A stretch of 64,000 nucleotides of DNA. It comes from an uncultured Chloroflexia bacterium (GTDB lineage Bacteria > Chloroflexota > Limnocylindria > Limnocylindrales > CSP1-4). The translations under genes and the position numbers were made by a program. This document shows positions 19,944-30,268 of this stretch, in pieces. The DNA lies in NCBI GenBank assembly GCA_963725745.1, contig CAVRZS010000005.1:1053500-1117499 (forward strand). The letters are read 5' to 3'. Within the stretch, counting starts at the first letter, position 1; every line of letters starts with the position of its first letter. The notes below the pieces were generated by a model that worked only from the letters and a program-made list of their open reading frames with translations, was not told where the DNA came from and did no database searches.

Positions 19944-21119
19944 ATGACCACCACGGCGGACGTCATCATCATCGGCGCCGGCGTGCACGGGACGAGCCTC
20001 GCCTTCAATCTCGCCCAGCGCGGGACGTCGGTGATCGTCGTGGAGCGCGCAACGATCGGGGCCGGAGCGACCGGCCGGTCGAGCGGCCTGGTGCGGATGC
20101 ACTACGACCTGCTGGCCGAGACCAAGCTCGCGTGGGCGTCGTTTCCCTGGTTCACCGAGTGGAGCGAGCGGGTCGGCGGCGAGTGCGGCTTCACCCGGAC
20201 TGGCTTCCTGTGGATCGAGCGTGGCGACGGCACCAACCGGGTGACCCTGAATGTCGAGTCGCATCGGGCGCTGGGCATCGACACCACCGTGGTGGGGGCG
20301 GCCGACATCGCACGGCTCGCGCCAGCGTTCGCGCTCGACGGGGACGAGGTCGCCGCGTACGAGCCGGCGTCCGGCTACGCGGATCCGACGTCGACCGCAA
20401 CCGGCTTCATGCGCGTGGCCCGGGAACGCGGCGCTCGCCTCGTGCAGGGCGCGGAGGTCACCGCGATCACGACGACCGCCGATGGCGGGCGCGTCTCGGG
20501 CGTGGTCACGACCAAGGGTGCGTTCTCGGCCCCGGTCGTCGTCGACGTCGCCGGGCCCTGGGCCGGAGGCGTCGCCGCGATGGTCGGCGTCGACGTCCCA
20601 TTGACCGTGTGGCGCCACGACACGGGCTACCTCGGCGTGCCCACGACAGTGGCCCGGCCGATCCCCGTCGTGATCGACAACGCACGCGAGATGTATCTCC
20701 GGCCCGAGGGCAGCGAGCTCGTCCTGATCGGCCTCGAGGACGGGTCCATCATCGGAGGCTCACCCGATCGCGACACGGCCAACGCCGAACCGGGCTTCCG
20801 CGACGTCGTCACCGACCGGGTGGTGAGCCGGCTGCCGGGACTCGGCGACGGGACCTTCCGTGCGTCGCACAGCGGCCAGGACGGGCTCAGCCCCGACCAG
20901 CGCTCGATCCTCGGCGCCGCGGGTCCCGAGGGCTTCTACCTCGACTGCGGCCACAGCGGGACGGGGTTCAAGACGTCGCCCGCCATCGGGCTCGGGATGG
21001 CCGAGCTGATCCTGTACGGGGCGGCGACGTCCGTGGACATCGCGCCGTTCGATCCCGGCCGGTTCGCGGCCGGGCGGCCCCTCGTCGGCGAGCACGGCGG
21101 CACGCCCATCTGGCGCTGA
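19944..21119 (+). CDS. FAD-dependent oxidoreductase (DAO/sarcosine oxidase family)
   Basis: IIIGAGVHG, GATGRSSG, SPDQRSILG, GHSGTGFK; AAGGAG RBS. Confidence 0.9.
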   Translation: MTTTADVIIIGAGVHGTSLAFNLAQRGTSVIVVERATIGAGATGRSSGLVRMHYDLLAETKLAWASFPWFTEWSERVGGECGFTRTGFLWIERGDGTNRVTLNVESHRALGIDTTVVGAADIARLAPAFALDGDEVAAYEPASGYADPTSTATGFMRVARERGARLVQGAEVTAITTTADGGRVSGVVTTKGAFSAPVVVDVAGPWAGGVAAMVGVDVPLTVWRHDTGYLGVPTTVARPIPVVIDNAREMYLRPEGSELVLIGLEDGSIIGGSPDRDTANAEPGFRDVVTDRVVSRLPGLGDGTFRASHSGQDGLSPDQRSILGAAGPEGFYLDCGHSGTGFKTSPAIGLGMAELILYGAATSVDIAPFDPGRFAAGRPLVGEHGGTPIWR

Positions 21120-21132
21120 TCCCGCGGTGGCC

Positions 21133-22653
21133 TCAGCTGATCAGCCGTACCACCCAGGCGGAGGCGACCATCGCGCATGCCGAGACCGCCAGCAGCATCG
21201 CTCCGAGCTCGACAAGTCCCAGCCGACCGCGCGCTTGACGCCGGGACGATCCATCGCCGTCGCTGACCGTCGCTCCGGAGGCCGGAGCGGAGCCGTAGCG
21301 GTGAAACCGGACGCCCTTGCGGCTTCGGCCCACACGCTGCAGCCGCTTCTGGATCTGCATCTCGCGATCCGCCCAGTCCATCAGCGTCTTGGCCGGCGGG
21401 GTGGCGGGATCGGATCGATAGACCAGGGCTCCGATCGAGACGCCGACGGCAACGGTGCCCGCCGAGGTCCCAATTGGCTGCCGGATCGCTTGCTCGAGCC
21501 CCTCGGCGAGCCGAGTCGCCGTGGCGGAGTCGAATTCGCCCCGGAACACCATCGCTAGCTCATCGCCACCCAGCCGCCCGACAAGGTCGGTGGTTCGGAC
21601 GGCGGCCCGGAGCCGTTCGCCGATCTGGGCGAGGACCTCGTCGCCAACCTGCATGCCGTGCTCCTTGTTGAGCACGCCGAACCCGTCGAGGTCGATCATG
21701 AGGAGCATGCCACCGGGTGCGATCCCCCGGCGCGACCGGGCAACCCCGGCCTCGAAGTCGCGCTGGAACTGGCGCGCCCGTGGCAGGCCCATCAGTGGGT
21801 CGATGCCTTCGAAGCCTTCGCCCGGCCATACGAACACCACGACGATCGCGAGGGCCGCGGGCGCCCACCAGCCGACGGCCACATAGGCGATCGAGAACAC
21901 GCAGGCGAGGCCGATCTCGGCCAGCGTCACTCGCCCGAACGAGCGCACGAGGATGTCGACCAGGGCCATCGGGGCCAGCTGTTCGCGGAGGATGATCGTG
22001 CCGGCCGCAATTCCGTTGGCCGTTATTGCCAGCACCAGCGTGCCGGAGGCGATCGCGATGACGCCGGCTGCGGCCTGGTCGATGTTCACCGACGCGAGCG
22101 CGCCGCGCACGACGAGGACCGTGAGGCCGCCCGCGACCGCGCCCAGCGCCATTACGGCATGGTTGGCGAGCGTGCCGTACCAGGGCTGTGACTCGAGCTC
22201 GCGCCGCTCCAGCGTGGCCAGGAAGGCGACCCACGCGCCGGCGGTTGGTCCGCCGAGGACCATCGCGGCGGCGATGAACGGGAAGTGGAAGGTCCACACG
22301 GCTGAGCTGCCGGGGATTGGCAGCACCCGCAGCGAGCCCACCAGGCCGAAGGCGATCCAGAGCAGCAGTCCACCCTCAGGCCCAGCGAGGCTCGTCCCGG
22401 CGAGACCGGGGTCGATGTTGGGCAGCAGGGGGACCGTGAGCGTCGTCCAGACGAGGGCGGTGAGCCCGAGGACGATCGACGCCCCCGTGTACGCGAGCAG
22501 AAGAGTGCGAGCCGACACGACCGACCGGGCGCCCGCACCTTGGCCGGGGTCGGGCTGCTGCACGGGTCGGGCGTCGCCATCGCGGCGACGAGGGATACGC
22601 GAGCGACCGGGTGCAGGAAACCCGGCGCTGAGCTCCAGCGAGTGGACGTCCAT
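21133..22653 (-). CDS. Multi-TM sensor with GGDEF domain (start uncertain)
   Basis: About 7 TM segments, DPLMGL, IDLDGF, RTTD I-site, RLGGDEL, VSIG; extra hydrophobic C-terminal helix. Confidence 0.85.
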   Translation of the reverse strand: MDVHSLELSAGFPAPGRSRIPRRRDGDARPVQQPDPGQGAGARSVVSARTLLLAYTGASIVLGLTALVWTTLTVPLLPNIDPGLAGTSLAGPEGGLLLWIAFGLVGSLRVLPIPGSSAVWTFHFPFIAAAMVLGGPTAGAWVAFLATLERRELESQPWYGTLANHAVMALGAVAGGLTVLVVRGALASVNIDQAAAGVIAIASGTLVLAITANGIAAGTIILREQLAPMALVDILVRSFGRVTLAEIGLACVFSIAYVAVGWWAPAALAIVVVFVWPGEGFEGIDPLMGLPRARQFQRDFEAGVARSRRGIAPGGMLLMIDLDGFGVLNKEHGMQVGDEVLAQIGERLRAAVRTTDLVGRLGGDELAMVFRGEFDSATATRLAEGLEQAIRQPIGTSAGTVAVGVSIGALVYRSDPATPPAKTLMDWADREMQIQKRLQRVGRSRKGVRFHRYGSAPASGATVSDGDGSSRRQARGRLGLVELGAMLLAVSACAMVASAWVVRLIS

Positions 22654-23176
22654 CAGGTAGGCACTTCCTGGGTACGACCGTATGCTCGGATGGGGGAGCG
22701 TTCCGAGTTATTCCGTTTCCGCCGCTCGGCCGACGACCTCCCGTTTGCACAGGACTCGGGTGGTCGTGCAGATGCGCGTCAGCCCCGGCGACAGGTCCGC
22801 ATCGAGGTCTCCTGCCTCGCTCGGCTCTGCCGTCCCTCTTGTCGGTGCGGATGTCGCTTGGGATGGGCACATCCCGTACATCACCGCACCGATGCCATCG
22901 TCGGGCCGGGGGGCCCTCCCGGCGACGGGCAGGGAGTACGGGTGGCCCAACCCATTGGTACTGGTCGGTGCGCCGTGCGATCTCGCGAGCCCTGCCGCGG
23001 GGGCACATCGCGCCGCCGCCGGGGTCCTTCGTGAGCCCCGGTATACTGCTCCCCGCTCGTGCGCCCGTCTCGCGTGCGCGCCCGGACCCGCGATCCCCTG
23101 CCTATCTCCCGTGGCCGTTCAGACGGCCGAGCGCCGACCGGCGCGTGCGCCACGAAGCAAGGACCGTTCCCCCAGC

Positions 23177-24235
23177 ATGTTCGACCGCCTCTTCGGCCTC
23201 TTCTCCCGCGACATCGGGATCGACCTCGGGACCGCCAACACCCTGGTCCACGTGCGCGACCGCGGGATCGTGATCTCGGAGCCGTCGGTCGTCGCCATCG
23301 ACGCCAAGACCAAACGCGTGCTGGCGATCGGCGCCGAGGCCAAGCGGATGGTCGGTCGGACGCCCGCCTCGATCATCGCGGTCCGCCCGTTGCGTGACGG
23401 CGTCATCAGCGACTTCGACGTCACCGAGCAGATGATCAAGTACTTCGTCAACAAGGTGCACGACCGGATCGGGCTGATCCCGCGGCCGCGAATGCTGCTC
23501 GGGATCCCGTCGGGCGTGACCGAGGTCGAGAAGCGCGCCGTCCGCGACGCGGCACTCAACTCCGGCGCGCGGTGGGCGCGGCTGATCGAGGAGCCGATGG
23601 CGGCCGCGATTGGCGCGGGGCTGCCGGTGTCCGAGCCGTCGGGCTCGCTGATCGTGGACATCGGGGGCGGCACCACCGAGGTCGCGGTGCTGTCCCTCGG
23701 TGGCATCGTCGTCAGCCGTTCGATCCGCATCGGCGGTGACGAGATGGACCAGGACATCGTCGCGTTCGCGCGGCGCGAGTACAACCTGTTCCTGGGCGAG
23801 CGCACGTCGGAGGACATCAAGATCGCGATCGGGTCCGCGTACCCCGGCGAGTGGGACTCGCAGCGCGTCACCCTCCGCGGCCGCGACCTGCTGACCGGCC
23901 TTCCTCGGTCGGTCGAGGTGGGCGCCGACCAGATCCGGGAGGCGATCGAAGTGTCGGTCGCCCAGATCGTCGACACGATCAAGGACACGATCGAGGAGAC
24001 CCCGCCCGAGCTCGTGGCCGACATCATGGACCAGGGCATCGTCCTGGCCGGGGGCGGGGCGCTCCTGGCCGGTCTCGACCGGCGTGTCGCGGAAGCGACG
24101 CAGATGCCGGTCCACGTCGCCGATGACCCACTGACCTGCGTGGCCCGCGGCACGGGCGTCGTCCTCCAGGAGCTGTCCAGCCCGTCGATGGAGCGCGTCC
24201 TCGTCGCCGAGACCTACAGCCGCCCGCCGCGCTGA
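23177..24235 (+). CDS. mreB: Rod shape-determining protein MreB
   Basis: IGIDLGTANT, EEPMAAAIGAG, VDIGGGTTE, GGGALL; TATACT at 23042-23047; alternative GTG start 23111. Confidence 0.97.
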   Translation: MFDRLFGLFSRDIGIDLGTANTLVHVRDRGIVISEPSVVAIDAKTKRVLAIGAEAKRMVGRTPASIIAVRPLRDGVISDFDVTEQMIKYFVNKVHDRIGLIPRPRMLLGIPSGVTEVEKRAVRDAALNSGARWARLIEEPMAAAIGAGLPVSEPSGSLIVDIGGGTTEVAVLSLGGIVVSRSIRIGGDEMDQDIVAFARREYNLFLGERTSEDIKIAIGSAYPGEWDSQRVTLRGRDLLTGLPRSVEVGADQIREAIEVSVAQIVDTIKDTIEETPPELVADIMDQGIVLAGGGALLAGLDRRVAEATQMPVHVADDPLTCVARGTGVVLQELSSPSMERVLVAETYSRPPR

Positions 24236-24287
24236 ACACGGACCCGCCCGCCCGATGGCCGGGCGGGACGGACACGGAGCCGACGTC

Positions 24288-25259
24288 ATGACCTCGATGC
24301 TCGCCAGCCGCCAGACCCGCCGTCGAGGCATCGTGTTCGTGGCGCTGATCGCCATCACGCTGCTGCTGATGGCGTTCTCCGCCAACCCGTACATCCAGGA
24401 GGCGCAGCACGGCCTGTCGTTCGCGTTGCGCCCGTTCCAGGGGGCGATCGCCGGGGTGGCGGACGACGTCTCCGGCCTCGTGAGCGCGGTGTCCGAGATC
24501 GACACGCTGCGGATCGACAACGCCTCGCTGCACAGCGAGAACGAGCGCCTGAGCAACGAGAACGCCCGCCTGCAGGCGCTCAAGCGTGAGAACGACGAGC
24601 TCACGGCCGCCCTCCAGCTGCAGGGCGGCTTCAATCACCAGACCGTGGCCACCCGCGTCATCGGCCGCGACTCGCTTGACACGCGGCAGGTGGTGACCCT
24701 CGACAAGGGCACCGACGACGGCATCGCGGAGGGGGACGTCGTGATCGTCCAGGGCGGTGCGCTCGCAGGCCGCGTGACGGCGGTGGGTCCCACGTTCGCG
24801 AACGTGACGCTGATCAGCGATGGGACGTCGACCGTGGTCGGGCAGCTCCAGGGCTCGGGCAAGACCGGTGAGATCGTCGGCCAGGCCGGGGGCGTGCTGG
24901 TCATGCGCAACATCGACTCGACGGCCCAGATCGGGACGGACGAAGAGGTGTTCACGCCGGGGATCGAGATCAAGGGCGGCATCCGTTCTCCGTACCCCAA
25001 GGGTCTCGTCATCGGCAGCGTCGTCGACGTGGAACGCGACGCGAACGACGTCGTCCAAACGGCGTTCCTCGCCCCCGCGGCCGATCTCGACGCCTTCGAG
25101 GTCGCCCTGGTCATCACCGACTACGACGGCGGCCTGCCGCCGGTTGACGAGCAGGCCGTCCCGTGCGGGACCACTGGGACCGTTCCCCAGGGCGAGGTGC
25201 CGTGCTACACGCCGACGCCCAGGCCAGAGGCGACCCCGAAGGCGACGACCAAGCACTAG
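24288..25259 (+). CDS. mreC: Rod shape-determining protein MreC
   Basis: TM, coiled coil (ENERL..EN), LDKGTDDGI, YPKGLVIG; follows mreB. Confidence 0.92.
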   Translation: MTSMLASRQTRRRGIVFVALIAITLLLMAFSANPYIQEAQHGLSFALRPFQGAIAGVADDVSGLVSAVSEIDTLRIDNASLHSENERLSNENARLQALKRENDELTAALQLQGGFNHQTVATRVIGRDSLDTRQVVTLDKGTDDGIAEGDVVIVQGGALAGRVTAVGPTFANVTLISDGTSTVVGQLQGSGKTGEIVGQAGGVLVMRNIDSTAQIGTDEEVFTPGIEIKGGIRSPYPKGLVIGSVVDVERDANDVVQTAFLAPAADLDAFEVALVITDYDGGLPPVDEQAVPCGTTGTVPQGEVPCYTPTPRPEATPKATTKH

Positions 25260-25426
25260 CCCGCGGCTCCTCCCGCGAGGCCCGGTGCCGGCGCGGCTCC
25301 ACGCGTCCCGGTGCCGAGCCCGGCCCCGCTCGGCTCGACGCTCCACGCTGCTCGCCCGGGTCCGCATGGCGGGAACCTGCGCCCAGCGGTTGATCCCAGG
25401 CGCGGCGCCGGCCGAACCGCCCTCGA

Positions 25427-25568
25427 CGTGCACGGGGTGGTCATCCCGTTGCGTCCATGCGATGGACCGCTGTGTCGATGCGCGGTTGATTGCACGAAGC
25501 GGCCCATGGCGCAACAGATGGCATCGTTCGTGCGACAACCCTTGCGTGGGTGCGACGGGACGTGCACG
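25427..25568 (+). repeat. Long imperfect inverted repeat / structured element upstream of HTH-nuclease gene
   Basis: Nested stems 25427-25434/25561-25568, 25444-25462/25542-25560 (19 bp, 5 G.U, no mismatch), 25484-25498/25527-25540. Confidence 0.75.
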
Positions 25569-25644
25569 CGCTGCACGGTTTGGCCCGGGCACGGTCTGGG
25601 GCATAGATACGTGGCCGTGAAGTCCCCTCGCTCATCATGGCCCG

Positions 25645-26300
25645 ATGGCGACCCGAGTCCGGCCGGCAGAGGTAGGAGCGAATGACGCTCGACGCCTCGT
25701 GGCGCGCATGGCGTCGGAACTCCGGGAGGCTCGCCTCGCCGCGGGCGTGAGTCAGTCCGTGGTGTCTCGGGCCGCCGGCGTCTCTCGATCAACCCCAGCC
25801 GGATTGAGCGCGAGGAGCTTGGCGACCCGACGCTGTTGACCGTTTGCCGCGTCGCCCGGGCGCTGGGTCTCGCTCCGTCGTTTCGATTCTTTCCGGCCGG
25901 GCCGCCCGTTCGGGATGCGGCCCAGCTCGCCCTGCTCGCCAGGTTCGCATCGGTGCTCGGTTCGCCGCTCCGACTCGAGCGCGAGGTGGCCTTGCCGGTC
26001 GAGGGCGATGCCCGGGCATGGGACGCAAGGATCATCGGCGCCAACGAGCAGGGCTTCGTCGAGGCCGAATCGCACCTCAATGACGTGCAGGCCATTGAGC
26101 GCGCCGTCGGGCTCAAGCTCCGAGACGATCCGCGCGCCCGGATCGTCGTTCTCGTGCTTACCCGCAGCGCCCACCATCGGAAGGTCCTTGGTGAGCATCG
26201 GGAGTCGCTGCGTGAGCTGTTCCCCCTCGATGGCGCAGCGGTCCTGAAGTGTCTTCGTGACGGCCGGCTCCTGCCCCTTGGCGGCATCGTCCTCGTCTGA
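25645..26300 (+). CDS. XRE-type HTH fused to a PD-(D/E)XK-like nuclease domain (1-nt frameshift near 25794)
   Basis: LREARLAAGVSQSVVSRAAGVSRST|SRIER HTH, then WDAR...FVEAES...ERAVGLK; CATCAT 6 nt before ATG; more A/T-ending codons than neighbours. Confidence 0.7.
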
Positions 26301-26330
26301 GCACGGTCACCCCCTGCTAGGCTCTCCGCG

Positions 26331-27098
26331 ATGAAAGGCCTCGTGCTTGCCGGTGGGACGGCGACCCGGCTGTTCCCACTCACGATCGTGACCAACAAGC
26401 ATCTGCTGCCGATCTACGACCGGCCGATGATCTACTACCCGCTCGACACGCTGGCGGGCATGGGCATCCGCGAGGTCATGGTCATCGTCGGGGGCAAGAG
26501 CGTCGGCGACATCGTCGAGCTGCTGGGGGACGGCCGGCATTTCGGCCTCGACCTGACCTATCGGTATCAGCGGGGCGCGCTGGGCATCGCGCATGCCATC
26601 GGCCTCGCCCGCGACTTCATCGGCGACGACAGCTTCTGCGTCGTGCTGGGCGACAACATCCTGCGCGGCCCGGCGCTCGAGCCGATCGTCCGCACCTTCG
26701 ACACGGGCCCGTGGGGCGCCGGCACCCTGCTGTATCGCGTGTCCGACCCGCAGCGTTTCGGCGTCGCGGAGCTGGATCCCGATGGGAACGTGATCGGGTT
26801 CGAGGAGAAGCCGGCAGAGCCGAAGTCGGACCTGATCCCGATCGGCGTGTACTTCCTGCGCCCGGACGCGTTCGACGTGATCGAGACGCTCGCGCCCTCC
26901 GGCCGGGGCGAGTTCGAGATCACCGACGTGCTGAACCACTACATCCCGAAGGGCGGACTGTTCACGCGGGTCTACGAAGGCCAGTGGGCCGATGCGGGTA
27001 CCGCCCCGTCGCTCCTGCGGGCCGCCGAGCTCGCCGAGGCGGATGCCGCCGCCGGCACGCTGGAGGCGCCGCCGGTCCATCCCGACGAGCCCCGATGA
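26331..27098 (+). CDS. rmlA: Glucose-1-phosphate thymidylyltransferase (short form)
   Basis: LAGGTATRLFPLT, NKHLLPIYDRPMI, LGDN, EEKP, RGEFEITD; leaderless after TAGGCT 26318-26323. Confidence 0.9.
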   Translation: MKGLVLAGGTATRLFPLTIVTNKHLLPIYDRPMIYYPLDTLAGMGIREVMVIVGGKSVGDIVELLGDGRHFGLDLTYRYQRGALGIAHAIGLARDFIGDDSFCVVLGDNILRGPALEPIVRTFDTGPWGAGTLLYRVSDPQRFGVAELDPDGNVIGFEEKPAEPKSDLIPIGVYFLRPDAFDVIETLAPSGRGEFEITDVLNHYIPKGGLFTRVYEGQWADAGTAPSLLRAAELAEADAAAGTLEAPPVHPDEPR

Positions 27099-28194
27099 CC
27101 GTCGACCTCCCCAGGGACGCCCACCTCCTCGTCACCGGTGGGGCCGGGTTCATCGGCAGTGAGCTTGTCCGCCGGATCCTCGGCCGCCACGATGGGGCGC
27201 GGATCACGGTCCTCGACAAGCTCACGTACGCGGGCAACCGCACCAACCTCGCCGTCGTCGAGGCGGACCCCGAACAGGCCGGCTCGGTTCACCTTCGTCC
27301 AGGGCGACATCGCCGACGCCGAGGTCGTCGGCCCGCTCCTCGCGCGGGTAGATGCCGTCGTCAACGTCGCCGCCGAGACGCACGTGGACCGCTCGATCCT
27401 CGACCCCGAGGCGTTCCTGCGGACCGGCGTCATCGGCGTCCACGTGCTGCTCGAGGCCGTCCGTCGCGAGACGGACCGGGCCCGCAGCGGTGAGCGCGCA
27501 CGGGCACCCAGGTTCCTCCAGGTCAGCACCGACGAGGTCTACGGCGAGGTCGCCGATGGGCGCAGCATCGAGTCCGACGGGCTCGCCCCGCGCAGCCCGT
27601 ACGCCGCGGCCAAGGCGGCGGGCGAGCTGCTGGTTCGGGCGTACCAGGTGACCTACGGGCTCGATGCCGTGATGACCCGCGGGTCCAACACCTACGGCCC
27701 GTACCAGCACCCCGAGAAGCTCATCCCGCTGTTCGTGACCAACGCGCTCGCGGGCGAACCGCTGCCGATGTACGGCGACGGGATGCAGGTCCGCGACTGG
27801 CTCCACGTCGTCGGACCATGCCGCGGGGATCGAGTTCGTGCTCCGCCACGGCGTGGCCGGGGAGGCGTACAACCTCGCGGGCGAGAACGAGCGACCGAAC
27901 CGCGCGGTGATCGAGCAGCTGCTCGCGGCGACGGGCCGCGACTGGTCGCTCGTCCGCTCGGTGCCCGACCGGCCGGGGCACGATCGCCGGTACGCGATGG
28001 ACGGCTCGAAGGCGGCCGCGCTCGGCTGGCGGGCGCTGGTGCCGTTCGAGGAGGGCCTGCCGACGACGGTCGCCTGGTACCGCGATCATCCCGAGTGGGT
28101 CGCGGCGGCGCGCTCCGGCGACTGGGATGCGTACTACGCCCGGCAGTACGGCGGCCGACTGGCCGCCGGCGTCACGGTGGACGAGGCCGGCTGA
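27095..28194 (+). CDS. rmlB: dTDP-glucose 4,6-dehydratase (frameshifts near 27281 and 27811)
   Basis: VTGGAGFIGS, DKLTYAGN, AAETHVDRSI, STDEVYG, YAAAK, PEKLIP, DRPGHDRRY spread over three frames. Confidence 0.92.
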
Positions 28195-28197
28195 CCG

Positions 28198-29127
28198 ATG
28201 CGCGTGGCGGTCACCGGCGCCCGGGGCCGGCTGGGCCGGGCGCTGATCGAGGCGCTCGAGAACGCGCCGTTCACCGGCACGCGCGGCCCGACGTCGTGGT
28301 CGCGGCCGGAGCTCGACCTCGACACGCTGACGACGGACTCGGTGATCGACATGATCGACCGCGACCGCCCGGAGGTCGTCGTCCACGCCGCCGCCTGGAC
28401 CGATGTCGACGGGTGCGCCAACGACCCGGACCTCGCGCTGCGCCGCAACGCGGTCGCGTCCGGCCGGATCGCCGAGGCGTGCAGCGAGCGCGGCGTCCAC
28501 CTCGCCCTGGTCTCGACCAACGAGGTCTTCGACGGCGCGCGAACCGACGGACTCGGCTACGCCCCCGACGACGAGCCGGCGCCGATCAACGCCTACGGCC
28601 GGAGCAAGCTCGAGGCCGAGCGCCTGGCAACCGACGCCATGGCGCGCGCGGGCGGCACGCCGTTCGCGATCCTCCGCACCTCGTGGCTCCACGGGCCGCC
28701 GGGCAACGACTTTCCGGCCAAGATCGCCGCGGCCGCGCTGGGCGCGAAGGCCGCCGGCGAGTCGCTCACGGTGGTCGCCGATGAGATCGGCACGCCGACC
28801 TACGCCCCCGACGTCGCCGACGCCGTCGTCGAGCTGCTGTGGGAGAACGCCCTGACCTCGGCCGGATCCGGGCCCACCATCCATCACCTCGTCAACGGCG
28901 GTCGCGCCTCCCGGGCCGACTGGGCCCGCGAGGTCCTGCGTGCGACCGGCATCGGCGTCGAGGTCGAGGATGTCCCGTCGTCGACATGGAAACGCGCCAG
29001 CGCGCCCCCGCTGTGGGCGGTGCTCGCTCCGACGCCGCTGCCGTCGGGCGAGCCGATGCGCGACTGGCGGCTCGCCTTCGCCGACGCGGTCCCGGCGCTG
29101 CTCCGGGGGATGCGCTCCGCTCGCTGA
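28198..29127 (+). CDS. rmlD: dTDP-4-dehydrorhamnose reductase
   Basis: VTGARGRLG, HAAAWTDVD, STNEVFDG, YGRSKLEAE, GTPTY. Confidence 0.9.
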   Translation: MRVAVTGARGRLGRALIEALENAPFTGTRGPTSWSRPELDLDTLTTDSVIDMIDRDRPEVVVHAAAWTDVDGCANDPDLALRRNAVASGRIAEACSERGVHLALVSTNEVFDGARTDGLGYAPDDEPAPINAYGRSKLEAERLATDAMARAGGTPFAILRTSWLHGPPGNDFPAKIAAAALGAKAAGESLTVVADEIGTPTYAPDVADAVVELLWENALTSAGSGPTIHHLVNGGRASRADWAREVLRATGIGVEVEDVPSSTWKRASAPPLWAVLAPTPLPSGEPMRDWRLAFADAVPALLRGMRSAR

Positions 29128-29424
29128 CCTCAGGCCCAGTGGTGCCTCGGCGCACCACTGATGCGCGCCTGGGGCGCCCAACGGACCAATTGCAACGCGG
29201 CTGCAACCCGAATTCGGGTCCCGGGCCGGTGGTGCCGGTCCGCACCGGGGCATACTGCACCGGACCCCACCGCACCCGACAGCGCCAGCCCGAAAGGGCC
29301 AATCGCGACCAGACCATCCCGCGATTGGCCGCTCCCTCGCCCGCTGCGAGTCTGAGCCGGCACTGATCTGCGCCCCGGTCGACCCCGGGCGCGCGCGCCG
29401 TCCATCGCTCGATGGAGCTGTTCG

Positions 29425-30268
29425 TTGCGGAAGCTCGCCCTCCTCGCCGCTGCGCTCCTCTGGATCGCCCTCGTGGGTCAAGCCGCGCATGCCCGTGGCG
29501 GCTGCCGACAGCCCCAAGGTCGCGATCATCGTCGGGGCGACGGGTGGGACGACCCCGAGCTATCGGCGCGACGCGGACGAGATCTACGCCGAGGCGATCA
29601 AGTACACGCCGAACGTCGTCCGCATCTACAGCCCCAACGCCACCTGGAAGCGGGTCAAGGCCGCGGTCAACGGGGCCTCGATCATCGTGTACCTCGGGCA
29701 CGGCAACGGGTGGCCGAGCCCGTACACCTACGATCCCCTGTTCACGACCAAGGACGGGTTCGGCCTGAACAAGGACCTCAACCACAACGGCAAGCGCAGC
29801 GACTACGAGCTGAAGTACTACGGCGAGCCGAAGATCGAGACGCTGACGCCCGCCCCGAACGCCGTCGTCCTGCTGTTCCACCTGTGCTACGCGTCGGGGA
29901 ACTCGGAACCGGATCGCAAGGCACCGAGCTTGTCGACGGCGAAGCAGCGGGTCGACAACTACGCATCCGCGTTCCTCCGCGCCGGCGCCGGCGCCGTCAT
30001 CGCCAACGGCCACAGCCAGGACCCGTACTACATCGCGGCGCTGTTCACGACCATCCAGACCATCGATGCCTACTGGCGCGGCGCGCCGGACTTCCATGAC
30101 CAGGCCGCGGCCTACGCGTCGTCGCGTTCGCCCGGCACCACGTACCAGTTGGACCCCGAGGCCACCGGTCGGTACTACCGTTCCGTTGCCGGCGACCTCG
30201 AGCTCACGACGACCGACGTGACCGGCGCCCCGTTCGCGCCCCCGCCGGAGCCAGCACCGGCGCCCTGA
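29425..30268 (+). CDS. Secreted protein with possible clan CD (gingipain/caspase-like) His-Cys dyad (frameshift near 29487)
   Basis: Signal peptide MRKLALLAAALLWIAL in one frame; mature part with IIVYLGHGNG and LLFHLCYASG in the next. Confidence 0.65.
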
